Of a stretch of DNA of 64,000 nucleotides, positions 9,081-15,912 are shown piece after piece. Source of the stretch: Clostridia bacterium (lineage in GTDB: Bacteria; Bacillota; Clostridia; Saccharofermentanales; DTU023); the NCBI GenBank assembly GCA_040767365.1, contig JAXGOR010000004.1, positions 134,283-198,282 of the forward strand. Reading direction: 5' to 3'. The notes under the pieces were generated by a model, which did no database searches, was not told the DNA's origin, and was given only the letters and a program-made list of their open reading frames with translations. Made by a program: the position numbers and the translations under genes. How positions within the stretch are numbered: the stretch's first letter is position 1; the number at the start of each line of letters is the position of its first letter.

Positions 9081-9759
9081 TTATCGCGGCTGGTCTTCTT
9101 CGCCGCCATCACTTTCTGAAGCCGCAAGCCTGGGCAATGACGGGACCAGTCTTTTGATCACACCAGCCAGAAGGAGACTGACCAGGGGCAGAGCATAGCC
9201 CAGGGTGGCAGTAGCCCCGCCGTGGGCGATCAGGAGGTTGTAGGTCGCATGATAGGTAATGGAGGCTCCCAGGAGGCCGGCCGTACCGGCAATCTTCAGC
9301 CAGTCCCTCTGCCAGACATAGACTAGGCCGTAGCAGATCATGGCCCCGCAGACGATGTGCATGGCCCCCGTGCCAAACCCCCGGATGAGGAGGTGGGTGA
9401 GGTTCTCCGCCCCGCTTTGGGTCAGGTAGACAATATTTTCGAAGGTGGCGAAACTGACCGCGATGGTCAGGACTGAACTTGAGATTTTCTTAGATTCCGG
9501 CTCAAAGATTAAAAGATAAAAGAGAAGAGGCAGGAGTTTCATGACTTCCTCCACCACGGGAGCGATCTGGGTAGAGGCGTTCATTAAGTCCGCATCATAA
9601 AGGCGGGCGAAGTAGGTATTGATATAGGCCGAAAGAAGGCAGGCGCCCATGCCGGCGAAGACAAAGAAGAACCAACGGTAGGTTTTCTTGCCCATAAAGA
9701 CCATGGCAATGAGAAGGGGGGCCGAGACGCAGACAAAGATGTTTTCAACATAGGTCACG
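9081..9759 (-). CDS. PrsW-family intramembrane metalloprotease (candidate site-1 protease for an anti-sigma factor)
   Basis: Track ORF 9081..9878 trimmed to GTG at 9759 (GTGA overlap with the upstream stop). The PrsW signature motifs are present: VVEEVMK (EExxK), SFATFENIVY (FxxxENxxY), RGFGTGAMHIVCG and ITYHATYN (HxxxN). The protein is polytopic. Confidence 0.65.
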
Positions 9760-10405
9760 CGGCCACCGCCTTTTTCAGGGCCGGGACCGAGGCCAGCAAG
9801 GAAAACGACAAGAGGAAGTCTATCCAGAAGTAGGGATTCGCCAAGGTCTCGCTGGTCCAGAAGCAGGAGGAGGTCCACAAAGCAAATTCCAGGACGATGA
9901 TCAGGAGTACCGCTGCATGGAAATACGCCCTGTTTCGGGCTCTTCCCTGGCCCTTCATAGCGTAGATCAAGCCCCTGAGGGCCAAGAAGGCAATGCCCAT
10001 ATTGAGGCCGACGGTCACAAGGTTGCCCAGAACTTCACCCCGGGTCATATAGAGGATGAACTGCGGGATGCAAAAAGCCGGCACCAGGAACAGGGCGGGA
10101 TGCCGGAACTTTTTTTCCTCCTTGGAGGCCAGGACCAATTCCAGGGTTAGAAGGAAGAGAGATCCGGCCACCCAGGCCAGTTCCGATACGTAAAAGACCT
10201 GGGGCACGCTGTCAAACAGGAGGATGTAGAGGGTCCAATGGAAGCTGCCCAACATGAAGGAGCCCAGGTAACAGGCCAGGAGGTAGACCGTCTGCTGCCG
10301 GGTCTTGTAGTAGAAGACTGCGGCGGCCAAAAAGGCCAAGAGGGTTACCACGGATTGAATCAGGTTATCGAGGAGTTCGACCATGGTCTCTGTCCTCTTC
10401 TCCAT
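9755..10405 (-). CDS. polytopic membrane protein of unknown function (216 aa)
   Basis: The track ORF is strongly hydrophobic and multi-pass. It is co-directional with its neighbours and overlaps them. The start is uncertain (alternative MVELLDNL at 10384). I recognise no family. Confidence 0.5.
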   Translation of the reverse strand: MEKRTETMVELLDNLIQSVVTLLAFLAAAVFYYKTRQQTVYLLACYLGSFMLGSFHWTLYILLFDSVPQVFYVSELAWVAGSLFLLTLELVLASKEEKKFRHPALFLVPAFCIPQFILYMTRGEVLGNLVTVGLNMGIAFLALRGLIYAMKGQGRARNRAYFHAAVLLIIVLEFALWTSSCFWTSETLANPYFWIDFLLSFSLLASVPALKKAVAA

Positions 10406-10718
10406 AACTCCTTATTTTGATGCGGTAAAAGAGAATGGTGACGGCAACACCGAGCGCGAAGGCCAATAGGCCGATCAAAATACAGCCCAGGTAGGGGCTG
10501 CCGTCGAAGATGCTGGCGGCCGCCCCCGGCGGGGTATAGTCGGTATCCAAAGAAGCGGCAAGCAGGGAGGGGATGTAGAAGGACAGGCCCAGGATCACCA
10601 GGAAGCTTGCGGCCAGGGCAGACGCAAGGATAATGCGGGAACGCCGAATGCTTCTTCGGTCCTCGATTTCTATAACCCTTCGGTTAACAGCAGCCAGTCT
10701 TTCTTCAGTAGTTCGCAT
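10365..10718 (-). CDS. 117-aa two-TM membrane protein in anti-sigma position (putative anti-sigma factor)
   Basis: Track ORF 10365..10826 trimmed to ATG at 10718 (MRTTEERLAAVNRRVIEIEDRRSIRRSR...). A GAAGGAG RBS lies inside the sigma gene's 3' end, giving a 14-nt overlap. It has a short charged N-terminus and two TM segments, and no zinc anti-sigma HxxxCxxC motif. Confidence 0.5.
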   Translation of the reverse strand: MRTTEERLAAVNRRVIEIEDRRSIRRSRIILASALAASFLVILGLSFYIPSLLAASLDTDYTPPGAAASIFDGSPYLGCILIGLLAFALGVAVTILFYRIKIRSYGEEDRDHGRTPR

Positions 10719-11259
10719 GGCTGACTCCTTCTTCTTCCAGACGTTTGCGCAAGGATTTCCTCCCCCGATAGACCAGGTCTGAAAGCTGTTTTTCACTTTT
10801 TTCCATGACTTCAGCGGCCTCGGCATGACTCAGATTTTCAAAATACACCAGATAAAGGGCCTGACGGTACTCCGGCTTCAGACGTTCCATGCAGAGATTA
10901 ACCAAGGCGTTCTGTTCATTCAATAAGGCCGGACCGTCCGCATAAGAATCTCCTTGGGGCTCAACTGCCATTTCATCAAGGCTCAGGCACTGGCGCAGTT
11001 TATGGCGGGCTAAAAAACGTAAGGCCCCATGCCAGGCGGATTTATAGATGTAGGCCTTGAATCCTCCGGGACGGATACGGGGTTTTTTAACCGCAAGATA
11101 GGCGAAGACATCGATCATCAAGTCTTCTGCGTCGTGGATGTCTTGGATATGGCGGTGAATGTAGAAGGTCAGCCGTGTACCGTAACGCTCGATCAACTCG
11201 CTTAAGCCGTCTTCATTTCCTTCCAGATATGCGCGATAGAGGGTTTCGTCGTCCGGCAC
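10705..11259 (-). CDS. RNA polymerase sigma-70 family factor, ECF subfamily
   Basis: Track ORF of 184 aa. Region 2-like: DAEDLMIDVFAYLAVKKP...AYIYKSAWHGALRFL. Region 4-like: PEYRQALYLVYFENLSHAEAAEVMEKSEKQLSDLVYRGRKSLRKRLE. Confidence 0.85.
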   Translation of the reverse strand: MPDDETLYRAYLEGNEDGLSELIERYGTRLTFYIHRHIQDIHDAEDLMIDVFAYLAVKKPRIRPGGFKAYIYKSAWHGALRFLARHKLRQCLSLDEMAVEPQGDSYADGPALLNEQNALVNLCMERLKPEYRQALYLVYFENLSHAEAAEVMEKSEKQLSDLVYRGRKSLRKRLEEEGVSHANY

Positions 11260-11297
11260 TGGTTTTCTCCTTGTAGGTAATTACGGAATCTACAGTT

Positions 11298-11326
11298 ATT
11301 AAACACTGAAGAGGGGTGGGGTTCAA
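11298..11326 (-). promoter_or_regulatory. candidate sigma-70-type promoter of the ECF sigma operon
   Basis: On the minus strand: TTGAAC (11326-11321), a 17-nt spacer, then TTTAAT (11303-11298), about 40 nt upstream of the GTG start. Confidence 0.3.
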
Positions 11327-11720
11327 GCTAGGGGTGGGGGAATATGAGGTTTTGGCGAGTAAAGTCATTGGTTGGGGGTTGGTGGAGAATAGGTTGGGTG
11401 TCGAACGTAAAAACAGTTTGAGGATAAACTGGACGTCATAAGTGCTTGGCACCGATGTAAGAAAAGAGCATGACGTTAATGACCTTAACCGTGTCCAACA
11501 TTTCGTCCGCACCCCTAAGTACCGATACTTGGGCGTTCTTTATTAATGTGTTACCTGAATTATCTCCATTTTTGCTGTCTGCGTGAGTTTTTAGTATCAA
11601 AATAGTATCAATTCTTGGGAATGAGCATCCGATCGAAGTTAGAAACCGTTCAATTGAATCCGAACTCAAGATCCTTCTTCCGGTATTCACTGTTGGTATA
11701 CGCTAGCCATGTTTGTTCCT

Positions 11721-11745
11721 CAACAAAAACCGCCCGGAGGCGGTT
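11721..11745 (-). terminator. Rho-independent terminator downstream of the Panacea TA pair
   Basis: Stem AACCGCC / GGCGGTT with loop CGGA (11728-11745), followed on the minus strand by TTTTTGTTG. Confidence 0.5.
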
Positions 11746-11778
11746 GGTGATTAGGTTGTGTTGCTTTAATCTTGCTAG

Positions 11779-12245
11779 CTATTCTCGCAAGGAAGGGCAT
11801 ATTCCATGGTCAAAATCGTTCCAGACAAAGTAGAATACACCGCCGCGAACAATACCCCACCATCTACACCTGCTATTGATCCGAAGTGAGTAAAGCTCAT
11901 CTTCAAACACTTGTATCTCTGGTAGCCTTTTCTGAGCATCTCGTGATAATTCATCAATGGGTATTGGATGGTTGCGCGTGCCCTGTCCTTTCCCCGAAAA
12001 TGCACTTAAAATGTCTTTCCACTGCTGTCTTTGTAATCAATCAGCTTATTTAGAAAGTTTGCATCAATCGTTTTTTCTGTAATTGCCCATCGGCTATGCT
12101 CTGAGTCAATAAATTGAAAGCACCATGACGGCCTCATCTCCCAAAACGCATCTGGATTAATTCCTGCTTCCGTCTTAGGGCTACGCTTAGGGTCAACTCT
12201 GGAAGAATGCCTGGGTTTTTTCTTCTTGCGTCTTCGTCTTCCCAT
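11779..12245 (-). pseudogene. candidate toxin partner of the Panacea-domain antitoxin, unknown family, interrupted by a 1-nt frameshift
   Basis: Track ORF 12006..12245 (…WEMRPSWCFQFIDSEHSRWAITEKTIDANFLNKLIDY…) stops at TAA 12006-12008. A different frame, with no Met and so untracked, continues …WKDILSAFSGKGQGTRNHPIPIDELSRDAQKRLPEIQVFEDELYSLRINSRCRWWGIVRGGVFYFVWNDFDHGICPSLRE to TAG at 11779-11781. The total span is 467 nt (3n+2). The frameshift maps to 12018-12035. Confidence 0.55.
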
Positions 12246-12250
12246 AACAG

Positions 12251-12688
12251 TTAAATACTATGGTAGTACTCACGCATTACTTCTTTATCAATAATGTTTC
12301 TGCACAATTCACCTGGCTTGCAATCACCACGAGTTTCCCTCCACGGACGTTCCATGTGCGTAAGTTCGCTCAACCAGTGCGGATTTCTACGACCATAATA
12401 ATCAAGAACTTCATCGATATCGCTCTTCTGCTCATCGGTCAAAGCATCGCCCGTAGTTACGTCATGAAGGAAACCTTCATTGACTACGAACAAACCTCTG
12501 TGGTGACGAAAAAGCACAGAACTAACGGGACCGTTCGCCCACGCTTCAAAATCTTCCTCAAAAAGGGGTTCGTCATTCCAGACCAGCGCCCACGCTTGGC
12601 TATAATAACAAAGCTTTTGAAGCTTCATTGTTGTTACACGACCTTGTTCGTCCACAATGTATCGTGCCACATCTAAAATGCTTGCCAC
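12251..12688 (-). CDS. Panacea-domain (DUF4065, SocA/GepA-like) antitoxin
   Basis: Track ORF of 145 aa: MASILDVARYIV...TTMKLQKLCYYSQAWALVWNDEPLFEEDFEAWANGPV, the hallmark of the family. It has a GTG start with a GGAGGAG RBS. Confidence 0.8.
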   Translation of the reverse strand: MASILDVARYIVDEQGRVTTMKLQKLCYYSQAWALVWNDEPLFEEDFEAWANGPVSSVLFRHHRGLFVVNEGFLHDVTTGDALTDEQKSDIDEVLDYYGRRNPHWLSELTHMERPWRETRGDCKPGELCRNIIDKEVMREYYHSI

Positions 12689-12721
12689 GGCGATCTCCTC
12701 CCCTCAATATTGCTCCGCTCT

Positions 12722-12756
12722 CATATAAATTATATGTGTGTGTCATGGTCCGTCAA
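12722..12756 (-). promoter_or_regulatory. near-consensus promoter with overlapping palindromic operator upstream of the Panacea antitoxin gene
   Basis: On the minus strand: TTGACG (12756-12751), a 16-nt spacer, then TATAAT (12734-12729). The 15-nt palindrome CATATAAATTATATG (12722-12736) overlaps the -10 box. Confidence 0.5.
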
Positions 12757-13043
12757 GGTTAACTGAAGCGTACTTCACCCCCAAACAAAAAGACGGCATC
12801 GCTACCGCCTTCTTCGTCTCTTTCCTATCTAATGATTTGCCTCCCAACGCTGACTGGACCCTACAACACCTCTTTTAAGGAGGATAATCTTCGACGACCC
12901 CCAAATGCGTCTTGAGCGCTTTTGTATTGTTCTAATGTTATACCTATTTGGGGGGATCACTTCGTGCCTGTCTTCAGCCTGAAAAGATTCTGACTAATAT
13001 TTGGGGGTGGCGTCCACTCCTGGTTGATGCTTTGAAATGACAG

Positions 13044-13288
13044 CTATGGCAAAAGGTCAAAATATTCTGGTCTTGCCTTCATTGAATGAATAATCAGTTC
13101 GTCTCCACTGTCGACAATCAAGACAACCAGCTCAAGCAATCTCCCTGACATATCAAAGCCAAGCCGCAGTTCTCGCTGCCGCTTCTCCCCATTCAGTGGC
13201 TCGATCCATAGGGGCCAATTCGCGGCGTACAGGCTATCTTCTGAGTCTATGCCAAGCTTTAATCAGAAGGATGGACCGCCAGACTCAT
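13044..13288 (-). pseudogene. small toxin gene partnered with the RHH antitoxin, interrupted by a 1-nt frameshift
   Basis: ATG at 13288 overlaps the antitoxin stop (ATGA). The frame reads MSLAVHPSD then TAA (13259-13261). The adjacent frame, open from 13262, reads LKLGIDSEDSLYAANWPLWIEPLNGEKRQRELRLGFDMSGRLLELVVLIVDSGDELIIHSMKARPEYFDLLP and stops at 13044-13046. The span is 245 nt (3n+2). The pattern (KHGI..ED...E.R..LG.D..GRLLE.VV...IHAM.ARP) recalls small BrnT/DUF497-like toxins. Confidence 0.5.
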
Positions 13289-13533
13289 GTGAATAATTGC
13301 CGCCGGATAAATTCGGACCGTGTTAGCTTATCTTCTGCTGCCCTTTGATCCAGGATTTCAATTTCTTGCGGAGTAACCCTAATGGTAATCACTCGACCTG
13401 GCTCAGCACCCCTCCCAGGGCGACCCCGTCCGCGCTTTTTTAGAGCCTGTACATCATAACCCCGCTCAGCTTCGTTCACCCATTGGGCGATTTGTTCATC
13501 TGTAATTGTTTTTTCATTTGTTTCCTTATCCAT
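13285..13533 (-). CDS. ribbon-helix-helix (CopG/ParD-like) antitoxin
   Basis: Track ORF 13285..13602 trimmed to MDKETNEKTITDEQIAQWVNEAERGYDVQALKKRGRGRPGRG...VITIRVTPQEIEILDQRAAEDKLTRSEFIRRQL. The C-terminus is an RHH fold. Confidence 0.7.
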   Translation of the reverse strand: MDKETNEKTITDEQIAQWVNEAERGYDVQALKKRGRGRPGRGAEPGRVITIRVTPQEIEILDQRAAEDKLTRSEFIRRQLFT

Positions 13534-13837
13534 GGCATTATTGTAATACGATAATAAACGACTGTAAAAGAGTAATTCATTCCATATCAAGGGGTACCCC
13601 ATAACACTCCGGTTTTTATTCTCAATAATGGGGTTTCAGTCATCATAAACTCACTTGTTTCCGGGTTTCGGATATCAGAAAGGTCACCTGCCTTTGTCTG
13701 GTGAGACTACAGGCGCTCTTTCAAATATCCTTTAAGTCTGGTGACTAATTCAATCCAGACGCAATAATTTGGCCCACTTTCCCGGATCCATCATAAAAAC
13801 CGGCTGATGGTCGGGCTTTTTCTAAGAGAAAGCAAAA

Positions 13838-13863
13838 GCCCTGCAACATCATCGTTGCAGGGC
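13838..13863. terminator. hairpin terminator just 3' of tRNA-Ala
   Basis: GCCCTGCAAC / GTTGCAGGGC stem with loop ATCATC. It is T-rich on both sides (CTTTTGCTTTC on the minus strand, CCTTTT on the plus strand). Confidence 0.5.
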
Positions 13864-13867
13864 CTTT

Positions 13868-13943
<76 letters not shown>

Positions 13944-14027
13944 GGGACCTGCATTAAACTAGCACACGGACGGAAGATGTGTCAAGATGGCATTGTTATC
14001 ATAGGTTACTGTCACGGAGGTGTTTCA

Positions 14028-14543
14028 ATGGATTTTAAGCAACTGGCCGCCCAGCGTTATTCCTGCCGGAGGATCAGCGACCGGGAGGTTGATGAGGCTA
14101 CGATCGAGGAACTTCTGGAGGTCCAGCGACTGGCCCCTACCGGGAAGAACGCCCAGTCACAACGTATCTATGTATTGAAAGGGGATGAAGCGGCGGAATT
14201 GATCGCTGGGACCACCCCCTATAACTTTGGCGCCCGCCTCTTCTTCGTTGTTTGCTATGACGAGGATGTCTGTGCCCGAAATAAATTTGATGGGACCAAG
14301 AGCGGTATCCTGGATGCTGCCATCGCGGCCTGCCATATTGACTTTGCCGTCACCGACGCCGGCCTGGGGACCTGCTGGATCGGTGACTTTGATAGGGAAA
14401 AGATGCGACAGGTTCTGAAACTCCCCGACCATCACATTCCGGTCGTCCTCTTTCCCATCGGCTACCCGGCAGAAAATGCCAGGCCCTCCCGTCTGCATAC
14501 CGACCGCAAGCCACTTTCCCATACTGTCATCCGGATCCCGTGA
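14028..14543 (+). CDS. nitroreductase family protein
   Basis: Track ORF 13902..14543 trimmed to ATG 14028 (GGAGG RBS at 14016-14020), because the longer start overlaps the tRNA. MDFKQLAAQRYSCRRISDREVDEATIEELLEVQRLAPTGKNAQSQRIYV...GTCWIG. Confidence 0.8.
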   Translation: MDFKQLAAQRYSCRRISDREVDEATIEELLEVQRLAPTGKNAQSQRIYVLKGDEAAELIAGTTPYNFGARLFFVVCYDEDVCARNKFDGTKSGILDAAIAACHIDFAVTDAGLGTCWIGDFDREKMRQVLKLPDHHIPVVLFPIGYPAENARPSRLHTDRKPLSHTVIRIP

Positions 14544-15787
14544 GCCAGACGGTTGAAAAAATAGACAGCACCGGATCCATCGGGGTCAGATGCGGCAATG
14601 AGGTTGCCGGCCTGACGGCCGGGGAGCGGAGAGAAAGGGGCCTGCGGGTCGCGGTCATCGGGCTGGGTATGAATGTCCTTCTGGCGGCGGCCAAGCTGGC
14701 AGTGGGAGTCCTTTCCGGCAGCATCGCCATCCTGGCGGACGGCTGGAACAACCTGACCGATTCCTTCAGTTCCGTCGTCTCCATCGCCTCCATCCGGCTC
14801 GCCGGGAAGCCGGCCGACAGGAAGCACCCCTTCGGCTATGCCCGATTCGAATACATCGCCTCCTCCGTCATCGCCCTCGGCATGCTGACAGTCGCCATCC
14901 AGATCGGCTACCGGTCCCTGCAGCGGATCTTCCAGCCCGAACTCCTGGAGACCGGGCCCCTGACCTTCGCCGCCCTCCTGGTTTCCCTTCTTGTCAAACT
15001 CATCCAGTACGCCTACTACCGGGTCAAGGGGCGCCAGCTGGTCTCCACAGTCTTCATGGCCGCTTCGCGGGACAGCCTGGCTGACGTCTTCGCGACCGGG
15101 GGTGTCCTGATCGCCACCTCACTCTACGCCTTCTACGGGATCAATGTCGACGGGCCCGCGGGCCTTATCGTCTCCTTGCTCATCGCCTGGTCGGCCATCG
15201 ACATCATGAGGAAAACGGCCACCCTCCTGATCGGCGGTAAGCCTTCGGCAGAATTGACGGAATTGATCAGCAGCAAGATCCTGGAATCGGACGATCGGAT
15301 CCACGGGGTCCACGATCTCATTGTCCATGACTACGGTCCGGGAAGCATCTTTGCCACGGCCCACGTCGAGCTGGACAGCCGGGAGAGCTTTCTTGAGGCC
15401 CACTTGATCGTGGACTGTGTTGAGCGAAGGCTCCTGCGAGAATACGATATCCAGCTCCTCCTCCACGCCGACCCCCATTACCAGGGCGACGCCGAACACA
15501 ATGACCTCCATGAGCGGATCGAGGCGGTCGCCCAGGAGATCGCCCCGGGGGCCGTCGTCCACAGCCTCCATCTCTTCCTCTCCGACAAGGATGTCCGGGT
15601 CGCCTCCTTCGATGTCAGCGTACCCGGCCCCCTCCCGGTCAAGGAGACCGAGTTCTTTGCGGCCTTCCGGGAAAAGATGGCCCAATACGATAAAGAGCTG
15701 GTCCTCTGGATCACCCTGGACCAGGAATATCTCAGTGTGGTATCGGACGATCAGCCCGATCTCCAGGTCACGGCCGACCGCGATTAG
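14540..15787 (+). CDS. cation diffusion facilitator (CDF) family metal efflux transporter
   Basis: Track ORF of 415 aa: NVLLAAAKLAVGVLSGSIAILADGWNNLTDSFSSVV...ADRKHPFGYARFEYI, followed by a C-terminal cytoplasmic domain. GTGA overlap with the upstream gene. Confidence 0.85.
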   Translation: MSQTVEKIDSTGSIGVRCGNEVAGLTAGERRERGLRVAVIGLGMNVLLAAAKLAVGVLSGSIAILADGWNNLTDSFSSVVSIASIRLAGKPADRKHPFGYARFEYIASSVIALGMLTVAIQIGYRSLQRIFQPELLETGPLTFAALLVSLLVKLIQYAYYRVKGRQLVSTVFMAASRDSLADVFATGGVLIATSLYAFYGINVDGPAGLIVSLLIAWSAIDIMRKTATLLIGGKPSAELTELISSKILESDDRIHGVHDLIVHDYGPGSIFATAHVELDSRESFLEAHLIVDCVERRLLREYDIQLLLHADPHYQGDAEHNDLHERIEAVAQEIAPGAVVHSLHLFLSDKDVRVASFDVSVPGPLPVKETEFFAAFREKMAQYDKELVLWITLDQEYLSVVSDDQPDLQVTADRD

Positions 15788-15912
15788 GGCCCCCCTGCCG
15801 GAACTGACAAAATCACCGACCTTTCATTGCCATTTCTTCCTGGCTGTTGTTACAATGATGACGGCGGCCGTTCCCAGGAGCGGCCGTCGAAGCAAGAACG
15901 AGAGGCTGTCCA

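Noticed and set aside
11400-11720. The 84-aa minus-strand ORF 11436..11690 and neighbours (11213..11512, 11615..11833) in the AT-rich stretch upstream of the sigma gene.
   Set aside because: They lie downstream of a terminator, with no RBS, no family resemblance and overlapping alternatives. I treat the stretch as non-coding or a gene remnant.
12760-13043. Inverted CCCCCAAA / TTTGGGGG motifs as att sites or a structured ncRNA.
   Set aside because: The motifs are short (8-10 nt), and there is no similarity to the tRNA-Ala 3' end and no integrase nearby. I mention it only inside the islet finding as something to scan computationally.
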